DNA of 64,000 bases from Minisyncoccota bacterium (GTDB lineage Bacteria > Patescibacteriota > Minisyncoccia > Phycocordibacterales > Phycocordibacteraceae), in NCBI GenBank assembly GCA_041660025.1, contig JBAZXD010000001.1, positions 40,059 to 104,058 of the forward strand. Direction: 5' to 3'. The stretch's first letter is position 1, and the number at the start of each line of letters is the position of its first letter. The notes under the pieces are model-generated. The model saw only the letters and a program-made list of their open reading frames with translations, was not told the origin of the DNA and did not search any database. Positions 37,883-46,426 of the stretch are shown piece after piece. Both the position numbers and the translations under genes were made by a program.

Positions 37883-38800
37883 TCATTTCGAGAGCTGACT
37901 GACCTCGGAGAGGACGATTTCGGCTTTGCCTTGGTAGGAGGCGATTTTGCCGGTGAGGGTGATGGTTTGTCCGGCGTAGCGGGAGAGGTCGCCAAATTGT
38001 TTCGCATCGTCGGCGAAGATGACGCCGGAGAAAGGGCAGGTCTTATAGTTCTCACAGAAGTCGAGGAAGACGGTGCCGGAGGCTGAGGTGTAGGCCTCGA
38101 TAAGCTTCCCGCGCACGGAGGCGTATTCGCCTACGTGCGCGGGAGCCTGCGTGTAGTCGATTGTCCCGATAGAAACAGGCGCGGCCGCTCCCGCGGCCGC
38201 GTTGCCTCGGTAGGCATCCAAGAGTCGTTTCAATATGTTCTCGTACGCTTGTCGGAGCGCCGGAGCGGTACCGATTTCAAGAATCTCATCATTAATGGTT
38301 GTTGCCGATTTAGTCCAGTTGTAGCTACCGAAGGCGTACGCCCGTTCCGTTACCAGAAGTTTGATATGCATAATCCCATTGCCGGTCGCATGCTTCTCCC
38401 TCACGAGAGGAATGCCGGCGGAGAGGAGTTTCGCCGTGATTGGAGCGCCGTAACTGTTGCTACTTTGTTCCGAGTCCACGATTCCCCGCACATCGACACC
38501 GCGTTTCTTGGCTTCGACAAGGGCGTCAGCGATACTCGGGAGAGTAAAGGTGTAGATCGCGAAGTAGATACGCTCCTTTGCGGCGGTAATGAGCGCGATG
38601 ATCTCCTGATCGTTCTGTTTTTGGTTCAAGCTGTATACGATGCGTACCGAATCAGCGGGCGGAGCTGCAACTGTCTGCGCTGGGATGGCGACACTCGCCG
38701 CTTCCGCCGCCGCGTTCCCGCTCCCGAGCGCGTATCCGGCGCCGCCCGCCGCAAGTGCGAGCACCAGTGCCACACCCGCACGAAGTACCTTCGGATTCAT
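37883..38800 (-). CDS. exported phospholipase D-family (Nuc-like) protein with C-terminal OB-fold-like domain
   Basis: Signal/TM; AIYTFT..IADALVEAKKRGVDVRGI; single HxK motif MHIKLLVTE; GSYNWT..A..INDE. Confidence 0.85.
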   Translation of the reverse strand: MNPKVLRAGVALVLALAAGGAGYALGSGNAAAEAASVAIPAQTVAAPPADSVRIVYSLNQKQNDQEIIALITAAKERIYFAIYTFTLPSIADALVEAKKRGVDVRGIVDSEQSSNSYGAPITAKLLSAGIPLVREKHATGNGIMHIKLLVTERAYAFGSYNWTKSATTINDEILEIGTAPALRQAYENILKRLLDAYRGNAAAGAAAPVSIGTIDYTQAPAHVGEYASVRGKLIEAYTSASGTVFLDFCENYKTCPFSGVIFADDAKQFGDLSRYAGQTITLTGKIASYQGKAEIVLSEVSQLSK

Positions 38801-38891
38801 ACGTCCAGTATATACCGCGACTGTCCACAGCTCCGTACATTTCCAGAGCGGGTAGTATGGAAAGAAGCATTAGTCGCTCATACCACACACT

Positions 38892-39425
38892 ATGCATATC
38901 GTCGCCATTTCAGGGAGTCTGAGAAAGGGGTCGTTTAACACGGCGCTTCTGCGCGAGTTCGCGAAACTCGCTCCGGAGGATATGCAGATCGAAATTGCAG
39001 ATATCGGCAGTCTCCCGCTGTATAATTCTGACGACGAAGCGGCGTTTCCGGCTGAGGCGCAAGCATTTAAGAATAAAATAAAAGCCGCCGACGGCGTCAT
39101 CATCGCGACGCCGGAATATAATCGCTCCATTCCGGGTGTACTGAAGAATGCAATCGACTGGGCGAGCCGCCCGTACGGACAGAATTCCTTTGCGAAGAAA
39201 CCGGTCCTCGTCGCGGGCGTGTCGGTCGGGAAGATCGGCACCGCCGTCGCGCAGAGCCACCTGCGGCAGATTATGGTCTATCTTGATACAGTTCTCGTCG
39301 GTCAACCTGAGATCTATGTCGGTCCCGTGCAAGGGATTTTTGACGAGAAAGGGAACATGACAGACGATTCGACGAAAGCATTGCTCGCGAATGCACTCAG
39401 CGCACTTGCCGGCCGAGTACGCTGA
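38892..39425 (+). CDS. NADPH-dependent FMN reductase (ChrR/SsuE-like)
   Basis: SGSLRKGSFN, TPEYNRSIPGVLKNAIDWASRP. Confidence 0.93.
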   Translation: MHIVAISGSLRKGSFNTALLREFAKLAPEDMQIEIADIGSLPLYNSDDEAAFPAEAQAFKNKIKAADGVIIATPEYNRSIPGVLKNAIDWASRPYGQNSFAKKPVLVAGVSVGKIGTAVAQSHLRQIMVYLDTVLVGQPEIYVGPVQGIFDEKGNMTDDSTKALLANALSALAGRVR

Positions 39426-40043
39426 TCACTGCTCGTCCCGGTTTGGCGCATTCGCGGCAATCCTTCCCGCGCGATAGGCGAGGAGATTGTGCCGTCCAAT
39501 AAAAAAGAGGATGAGGAGGAATGCTCCCGCAATGCCCCAGCGTATATGGATGACCCATCCTGAAGTTAGACTGCCGAACCAATACGAGAGGGAGAAAAGG
39601 ATTGTCAGCAGGACCAGACCCCCAGCGAGCGCCGTCGGCAGGTACGTAGCGAGTGGATAACGGAAGAAGCCGCTCGCTACGTATGACGTGAATCGGAATC
39701 CGGGCACGAAGTGCCCGGAGAAGATATTGAACGCATACCGATTCCCGAGCCAGGAGCGAAAGGGTGCAGTGAAATCGTGATCGATATAATGCGCGAGCCG
39801 CGGGTGAGTACGGGCGAAGGCGCCGAGAGCATACAGCAGGGAGTCCCCAAGGATGATACCGGTGTAGAGGGAGAGGAATGCAATCGGGACCGAGATCATA
39901 CCATCTGCCACGAGCACCCCGACGACCAGTATCGTGAGGTCTTCGAGAACCGAGGCGCACAAAACAATCACGAGCGATAGAAGCATCGCACTGCTGACCG
40001 TATCACCGGCAAAATGGGAAAGGAAAGCGAACATAGGAATCAT
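39426..40043 (-). CDS. DedA/VTT family membrane protein
   Basis: GIILGDSLLYALG, FVPGFRF..YVASG. Confidence 0.85.
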   Translation of the reverse strand: MIPMFAFLSHFAGDTVSSAMLLSLVIVLCASVLEDLTILVVGVLVADGMISVPIAFLSLYTGIILGDSLLYALGAFARTHPRLAHYIDHDFTAPFRSWLGNRYAFNIFSGHFVPGFRFTSYVASGFFRYPLATYLPTALAGGLVLLTILFSLSYWFGSLTSGWVIHIRWGIAGAFLLILFFIGRHNLLAYRAGRIAANAPNRDEQ

Positions 40044-40113
40044 CCCAGTCTACCAGATTTCCATAGGACGTTGTCGCTTGCGTGCGGCGCGCAGAGCGCG
40101 TATTCTGTACTCT

Positions 40114-40563
40114 ATGAAACGAGTGGGTGCCATCCTCATCCTCATTCTCGCCTTCTTCGGGCTCGCGGATTCCGCTTATCTCACTCTGCATCTGTTGAAC
40201 GGCACACCGCTTTTGTGCGATATCCAAAATCTTTCCGGCTGCAACATCGTCGCCGCAAGCCAGTATTCGAGCATCTTCGGCATACCGCTCGCGGAGTTCG
40301 GAGTCCTGTTTTACAGTGTCCTCTTCGTCCTTGCCGCTCTTGAGATTGTCCTCTTTGACCAGCTCTTGCGCCGTGCGCTCCAAGTGCTCGCGCTTGTCGG
40401 CGTCATCGCTTCGCTTTATTTCACCTTCCTCCAAACATTCGTCATACAGGCATTTTGCATCTACTGTCTGGCTTCGGCTGTCATCACGCTACTCATCCTC
40501 GTTTTCGCGAGCTTGCTCGAGCCGATACGAAAGCGCCCGTCTTCCTCACCACTCACGTCATAA
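40114..40563 (+). CDS. vitamin K epoxide reductase (VKOR) family protein
   Basis: LCDIQNLSGCNIVAASQYS and CIYC motifs; four TMs. Confidence 0.92.
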   Translation: MKRVGAILILILAFFGLADSAYLTLHLLNGTPLLCDIQNLSGCNIVAASQYSSIFGIPLAEFGVLFYSVLFVLAALEIVLFDQLLRRALQVLALVGVIASLYFTFLQTFVIQAFCIYCLASAVITLLILVFASLLEPIRKRPSSSPLTS

Positions 40564-40571
40564 CCTACACT

Positions 40572-41738
40572 ATGCGACGAGCTCTCCTCATCCTTCTCGC
40601 GGCGCTTCTCATACCGACGAGCGCCTTTGCGGCACGCGAACCCGCCTCCTTTTCTACGGGGCGTTCGCTCATTGTCGCCAGCTCTTCGCCCGGGAATGCG
40701 TATTTCACGGGCGTTTCAGTCGTCAGCACCGCGCCGATCGCGGGAGACCTTTCCGCGGTCGGCGGTTCGATAGTCGTTGCGGCGCCGGTTGCGGGCGACG
40801 AATTCCTTCTTGCTGGCTCGGTAAGTTCTCGCGCACAGGTCGCTGGCGACGTGCGCGTAGCGGGCGGGAACATCACGCTTGAGAGCTCGATTGCCGGTGA
40901 TCTGGTCGCACTTGGCTTTTCTGTACAGGGCCTTGGGCGTATCCGCGGGAGCACGTTTATCGTCGCGGCGGATACCTCCCTTTCAGGGGGCGCCTCGGGG
41001 CCGGTCACCATCTATGGCAATAACATCTCGCTTGCGGGCGACTTCACGGACGATGTCACGATCATCGCGACTGGCCGCCTGTCTCTTGCCGAGGGTACCA
41101 CTATCCGCGGTGTGCTCTCGTACCAAGCGCCGGAAACAGCCGTCATTCCCGCATCCGCCACGGTCATCGGCGGCATCGAATATACCAGCGCTTCCTATCT
41201 GCCCGACCCCGGCACTTCGCGCATACTCGCGCTCGTAAGTATCGGATTCTTTCTCTTTGCGCGCATTCTCGGAGCGCTTATTCTCGCCGGACTTCTCGCG
41301 GGCCTCTTCCCTAAACTCGCGGAGGCGATGACGGAGCGCCTGTACACCGAACGCCCGCGCAGTATCTTGCTCACGATGCTACTCGGCTTCGCAGTGCTCG
41401 TTGCAGCGCCGGCGCTGATTCTTCTGCTCGCGCTTACGTTCGTCGGCATCGGCCTCGCGTTCCTGCTTCTCATCTTGTACGCCCTCCTCGCTTTGCTCTC
41501 AGCGCTCTATGCGGGCATCCTGCTCGGCAGTCTGTTCGCGCGCCGCTTCTTGGGGCGCGAGGTGGTGCTCTGGCGCGACGGTATGCTCGGTATGCTCGCC
41601 CTCTCGCTCGTGACGCTCATACCGGTCATCGGGTTTCTTATCGCATCGCTTCTCACGATGTTCACTGCGGGCGCGCTCCTGCAACTCTTTTTCCACTTCG
41701 CTTTCCCGGGCGAGGAACAGACACCTGAATCGGTATGA
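40572..41738 (+). CDS. membrane protein with N-terminal beta-solenoid (polymer-forming/bactofilin-like repeats)
   Basis: Signal peptide; repeated (I/V)AGD(L/V)xxxGG units; C-terminal TM bundle. Confidence 0.75.
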   Translation: MRRALLILLAALLIPTSAFAAREPASFSTGRSLIVASSSPGNAYFTGVSVVSTAPIAGDLSAVGGSIVVAAPVAGDEFLLAGSVSSRAQVAGDVRVAGGNITLESSIAGDLVALGFSVQGLGRIRGSTFIVAADTSLSGGASGPVTIYGNNISLAGDFTDDVTIIATGRLSLAEGTTIRGVLSYQAPETAVIPASATVIGGIEYTSASYLPDPGTSRILALVSIGFFLFARILGALILAGLLAGLFPKLAEAMTERLYTERPRSILLTMLLGFAVLVAAPALILLLALTFVGIGLAFLLLILYALLALLSALYAGILLGSLFARRFLGREVVLWRDGMLGMLALSLVTLIPVIGFLIASLLTMFTAGALLQLFFHFAFPGEEQTPESV

Positions 41739-42394
41739 GCCGTGACGAGCGTGCGGAGCGCGCGAAGAAGATACTCGCGTATTTGAAAAGGGCGTACCCC
41801 GAACCCGAGAGCGAGCTTATGCACACGACACCATTCCAGTTCGTCGTCGCGGTTATCCTCTCGGCGCAGTGCACCGACAAGGCGGTAAATAAGCTCACCG
41901 CGACGCTTTTTAAGAAATACAAAACACCCGCTGACTTCGCGAAGGCGAATCCCGCGGTATTTACCAAGGAGGTCTCGTCCGTGCCGTTCTTCCGCAACAA
42001 GGCGAAGGCGATCCAAGGCGCGGCGAAGATGGTCCAGGAAAAATTCGGCGGGAAGGTGCCACAGACCGAAGCCGAGCTTGTGCAACTGCCGGGCGTGGGC
42101 TACAAGACCGCGCATGTCGTCCTCGGCGAACTCCACGGTGTGTGGGAAGGCATCGCGACCGATACGCACGTAAAGCGTTTTGCGAAGCGTTTCGACCTCA
42201 CCGACCAGAATGACCTCACGAAAATATCCAAAGACTTGGAGGCGCTTATACCGAAAAAAGATTGGAAATATGTGAACAACGACCTCGTGCTCTACGGCCG
42301 CTATGTCTGTCCGGCGCGCCCGCACGACTGTGCGGCGCACCCGCTCACCAAACTCTGGCCGCCCGCCGCGCTCCGCTGGCCGAAAGCGAAGTAA
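41735..42394 (+). CDS. nth: endonuclease III
   Basis: VILSAQCTDKAVN, HhH LPGVGYKTA, TDTHV. Confidence 0.93.
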   Translation: MSRDERAERAKKILAYLKRAYPEPESELMHTTPFQFVVAVILSAQCTDKAVNKLTATLFKKYKTPADFAKANPAVFTKEVSSVPFFRNKAKAIQGAAKMVQEKFGGKVPQTEAELVQLPGVGYKTAHVVLGELHGVWEGIATDTHVKRFAKRFDLTDQNDLTKISKDLEALIPKKDWKYVNNDLVLYGRYVCPARPHDCAAHPLTKLWPPAALRWPKAK

Positions 42395-42404
42395 CCTTCA
42401 GGAA

Positions 42405-43184
42405 ATGACCTCGATACCGAGCTTTCGGAAGATCGTATGGGCGCAGTATAGAAAATCCGGACGGCATACTCTACCGTGGAGAAAAACATACGCTACATAT
42501 AGGGTACTGGTTTCTGAGGTGATGCTCCAGCAGACGCAAGTGGAGCGGGTACTGCCGTTCTACAAAGATTTCATTAAAAAGTTCCCGACGGCGAAGCGGC
42601 TTGCGGCCGCGCCGTTCTCTGAAGTACTGAAAAGCTGGCAAGGACTCGGCTACAATCGCCGAGCAAAGATGCTGCATAGTGCTGCGAAGGAACTCGCGAC
42701 GCGAAAGGCAACTACAGTCTCTGAACTGGAGGCGTTGCCGGGCGTCGGGCCGTACACGGCCCGCGCGATTAGCGCATTCGCTTATAATCAGGATGTTGTT
42801 TTCGTCGAGACAAACATTCGTACTGCTGTCATACACCATTTCTTTAGGAATAAGAAGAAAGTATCAGATACGGAAATAGAAAAAATCTTGGCACAGGCAC
42901 TACCGAAGGGGAGGGCACGGGGGTGGTACAGCGCGCTGATGGACTATGGTGCATTCCTGAAGCGCTCTGGCATCTCATATAATGCGAAAAGCAAAACGTA
43001 TGCGAAACAGTCGAAATTCAGCGGCTCACTCCGCGAAGCGCGCGGCGCTATTTTGCGCGAATTCACACAAGGAGTTACGTCTCGCACCCATCTGGTGAGT
43101 CTTCTCGGTCCTGCGCGCAGACAACAGATGAAAACGGCGTTTGAAGCGCTTCTCGCGGAAGGACTGATCAGCGGAAATCCTTGA
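42405..43184 (+). CDS. mutY: A/G-specific adenine glycosylase MutY (short form)
   Basis: LPWR, VSEVMLQQTQV, WQGLGYNRRA, LPGVGPYTA, ALMDYG. Confidence 0.9.
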   Translation: MTSIPSFRKIVWAQYRKSGRHTLPWRKTYATYRVLVSEVMLQQTQVERVLPFYKDFIKKFPTAKRLAAAPFSEVLKSWQGLGYNRRAKMLHSAAKELATRKATTVSELEALPGVGPYTARAISAFAYNQDVVFVETNIRTAVIHHFFRNKKKVSDTEIEKILAQALPKGRARGWYSALMDYGAFLKRSGISYNAKSKTYAKQSKFSGSLREARGAILREFTQGVTSRTHLVSLLGPARRQQMKTAFEALLAEGLISGNP

Positions 43185-44322
43185 TGAACATCGTCGCGCC
43201 AATGCCAGCGAGCGCGACGAACCCACCGGTAAGAAGGAAGAGTAGTTGGTAATTCCCGAACAGAAGGATGAAGCTTCCAATAACCGGTGCGATAAGATTA
43301 GCGAGCGGCCAGATGCCCCGGAACACGCTGACTGAATTGATATCTTTTTCCGAGACGCGCCGGAAGAAATGACCCTCCGTCATACTCTCGATGAGCGCGG
43401 ACCCGACGCGCGACGTGACAAGCACGCACGCGATGACGACGAGCGGGGTCGCTGAAGAAAAGAGGCCGACTGTGGCGAGCGAGACGCCCGCGAGGAAGAA
43501 TCCGGTGAACAGCATTTCTTTATCGCCGATATACCGATCGGCGAGGATGCCGGAGGGATACTGGATGAGCACATAGGGCAGGAGCATAACGAAGAATATC
43601 CAACTGAGCTCGCTCCAAGGGATGCCGAGCTCGGTATGCAGATAGACGGGCACATAGAGCGGCGCCCAGATGAAGAAGAGGTAGAGGAGCAGGTGGCCGA
43701 ACGTTACCGCCGCGAGGTCGCGGTCCTTCAGGAGGCACCGCAGGGTGTCGACCATATGGGAAAGCTGGGGCGTCTTCACTTCCGGTAATCGCCGCGCGGC
43801 GAAGAGCGTGATGAACGGCACGAGCGCGACTGCGCCGGCGAGGAACACATTGCTATAGGCTTCGGAGCGCGCCAGGAGAGCGCCGATGAGGAGCGGCGAG
43901 GCGAGCGCGGCGGCGTTCCACGCTGTGAGGTACAGCGCGCGTATGCGCCCGGTCGCATCTTCCGCAGAAACCGTCGCTTCAAGCAGGAGATCGAGCTCGT
44001 AGGCAAGGAACGGCTGAAGCGCCACCGTGAGCGCGACGAAGAACGCGGCCGCGACCGCTCCCGGCGTCGCGGCGAGCGCGAGGAACGCGATCATCTCGAG
44101 GATCGCGAATACGAGTGCGAGCTGCTGTGCGCCGTAGCGCTCGACGAAGCGGGGGAGGAATGGGAACAATACACAGGCAACGAGCGCGCCGCCCGCGATG
44201 ACGAGTCCCGTATAGGCCGTTGGCATAAAGGACGAGAGGTACGGAAGGAGGATATACATCGTCGTCGTGGAAAAGAGCGCGAAGAAAAAATTCCCGACGG
44301 AGATGACCACACGCGGATGCAT
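43168..44322 (-). CDS. MFS transporter
   Basis: About 12 hydrophobic segments; GILADRYIGDK motif-A-like loop. Confidence 0.85.
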   Translation of the reverse strand: MHPRVVISVGNFFFALFSTTTMYILLPYLSSFMPTAYTGLVIAGGALVACVLFPFLPRFVERYGAQQLALVFAILEMIAFLALAATPGAVAAAFFVALTVALQPFLAYELDLLLEATVSAEDATGRIRALYLTAWNAAALASPLLIGALLARSEAYSNVFLAGAVALVPFITLFAARRLPEVKTPQLSHMVDTLRCLLKDRDLAAVTFGHLLLYLFFIWAPLYVPVYLHTELGIPWSELSWIFFVMLLPYVLIQYPSGILADRYIGDKEMLFTGFFLAGVSLATVGLFSSATPLVVIACVLVTSRVGSALIESMTEGHFFRRVSEKDINSVSVFRGIWPLANLIAPVIGSFILLFGNYQLLFLLTGGFVALAGIGATMFIKDFR

Positions 44323-44341
44323 TGTGTCGAGGATACCATAC

Positions 44342-44377
44342 AAAAACCACGGCGCGCCTTTGGCGCGCCGTGGTTTT
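44342..44377. terminator. intrinsic terminator after rnj
   Basis: AAAAACCACGGCGCGCC-TTT-GGCGCGCCGTGGTTTT. Confidence 0.85.
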
Positions 44378-44391
44378 CGATGCGATCCAAA

Positions 44392-46356
44392 CTACATCCC
44401 GATGAGGACGGGGATGACCATCGGCGCCTTGTTGGTACGCTGGAAGAGGAACCCCGCCATCACGTCGGTGAGATTGTTCTTCACGTAATCGAGGTCGATG
44501 GGGTTCATATTGCGCGTCGAGTCCTCGATGGTCTTCTTGATGAGGACGCGCGCCTCGTTGAGCATATTCTGCGACTCGCGCAGGTAGATGAAGCCGCGGC
44601 TGATGATGTCGGGCGACTTGCGCAGTTTGCCGGTCTTGAGGTTCACGCTCGCGATGATGACGAACATACCGTCCTTCGCGAGCGACTGGCGGTCGCGGAT
44701 CACCACCTCCTGGATGTCGCCGATCGTGAAGCCGTCGACGACCATCGGCGCCGACGGGACCTTCTGCTTGTGCACATTCATCCGTTCACCGTTCTCGATG
44801 TCGATGACGGTGCCGTTGTCGGCGATGATGATGTTCTCGCGCGGGAAGCCCGATTGCTCGAGCGCCTTCGCGTGGCAGGTCGTCATCGAGCGGTAGCCGT
44901 ACGCGGGCATAAAGAATTTCGCGCCGACCTGTTGGTTGATCCAGATGAGTTCGCCGGTGTTGCCGTGGCCGGTCGAGTGGACGTCGCTTGAACGGTAGTG
45001 GATGAGCGACACGTTGTGGCGGTAGAGATTATCCTTCAACTTCTGCACCGAGATCTCGTTGCCGGGGATGACCGAGGAGGAAAGCACGATAGTGTCACGC
45101 TCGGTAAGCGTGATGTATTTGTGCTGGCGCGTTGCGATACGCATCAGTGCGGCGAACTCCTCGCCCTGCGCGCCGGTCGAGAGGATGACGATCTTGTCCG
45201 GCGGATAATTACCGATGTCCTGAGAGGGGATGATGGTGTCCTTCTTGATCTTGAGGAGTCCGGTCTTCTCCGCGATCTCCAGGTTGTTCTTGATGGAACG
45301 CCCTTCGGTGACGATCTTCTTGCCGAGCTTCTCGGCGGTTTCCATAATGTGGATCATACGCTCGAACTGCGAGGCGAAGGTGCCGATGATGAGGCGTCCG
45401 GAGACCGTCTTGATGATGTCTTCCAGGGTCTGGATGACGCGCTTCTCGGGGATGGAGAAGCCGTCGCGCTCGGCGTTCGTCGAGTCGGCGATGAAGAAGA
45501 TGTTCTTGTCCTTGCCGAGCGTTCCCCACGTCTTCACTTCGCGTTCGGAAGGGATGCCGTCATCGTGGTCGAGCTTGAGGTCGCCGGTGATGACCACGTT
45601 GCCCTGCGGCGTCTCGATCGAACAGCCCATCGAATCGGGGATCGAGTGCGTGACCGGGAAGAACTTCACCCGCGTGCTCCCGATGACCACCGACTGGCCC
45701 ACTTCAACGACGATCATTTCCGACTTCGGTACGTCCGGATACTCTTCCTGGCGCCGCTGGATCATGATCGACGTGAGATTCTGGGTGTAGATGGGCGGCG
45801 TGCCGAAGCGCGGCAGGATGAAGGGGATGCCGCCGATGTGGTCGAGGTGACCGTGCGTAATGATGACGCCCTTCACGCGGCTGGCGTTCTTCTCGAGATA
45901 CTTGGTGTTCGGGAGGATGTAATCGACGCCGGGAGAAGTGTCCTCGGAGACGAACTGGAATCCCGCGTCGAAGACGAGGATGTCGCCTGTGGCGCCTATC
46001 TCGACTGCGGTCATATTGCGACCGACTTCCTCGACACCGCCCAAGGGGATGATACGGACCGATGTCGGCCCGACCGGCTCGGGGTAATAGTCGGCGGTGC
46101 GGTTTACTCGTGTGGGCTGAGCCATCGGGCGGCGCAGGATCCGCTGGATGCGGCGGCTGGCGCCGCCGGGACGCGGTCCGCTCTGCCTGCCGGCAGGCGT
46201 TCGAGAACCGGGCGGCCGGCTTCCGCGATCGAAACGTCTCGGCGCATGTGCGCTCCCTGAACGCGTTTCACCTCCGGGGCTCGGTTGTCCATGACTTGGA
46301 CGAGGGGGCACGGGAGTTGGTGCGGGCGCAGGTGCTGGTGCTGGTGCTGAGTTCAT
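44392..46356 (-). CDS. rnj: ribonuclease J
   Basis: IPLGGVEEVGRNM, THGHLDHIGG, HSIPD, DSTNA, TGAQGE, HSTGH, ISRGF. Confidence 0.95.
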   Translation of the reverse strand: MNSAPAPAPAPAPTPVPPRPSHGQPSPGGETRSGSAHAPRRFDRGSRPPGSRTPAGRQSGPRPGGASRRIQRILRRPMAQPTRVNRTADYYPEPVGPTSVRIIPLGGVEEVGRNMTAVEIGATGDILVFDAGFQFVSEDTSPGVDYILPNTKYLEKNASRVKGVIITHGHLDHIGGIPFILPRFGTPPIYTQNLTSIMIQRRQEEYPDVPKSEMIVVEVGQSVVIGSTRVKFFPVTHSIPDSMGCSIETPQGNVVITGDLKLDHDDGIPSEREVKTWGTLGKDKNIFFIADSTNAERDGFSIPEKRVIQTLEDIIKTVSGRLIIGTFASQFERMIHIMETAEKLGKKIVTEGRSIKNNLEIAEKTGLLKIKKDTIIPSQDIGNYPPDKIVILSTGAQGEEFAALMRIATRQHKYITLTERDTIVLSSSVIPGNEISVQKLKDNLYRHNVSLIHYRSSDVHSTGHGNTGELIWINQQVGAKFFMPAYGYRSMTTCHAKALEQSGFPRENIIIADNGTVIDIENGERMNVHKQKVPSAPMVVDGFTIGDIQEVVIRDRQSLAKDGMFVIIASVNLKTGKLRKSPDIISRGFIYLRESQNMLNEARVLIKKTIEDSTRNMNPIDLDYVKNNLTDVMAGFLFQRTNKAPMVIPVLIGM

Positions 46357-46426
46357 ACTGGATTGATTAGTTACTGGGCTTGTGAAATTAATAATTTAAA
46401 ACCCGTACGGAAATTACTGATGTGAG

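Noticed and set aside
46316-46348. Short tandem GGTGCT-type repeats as a contingency locus
   Set aside because: They encode the in-frame (AP)n linker of RNase J with mixed codons, not a slippage tract.
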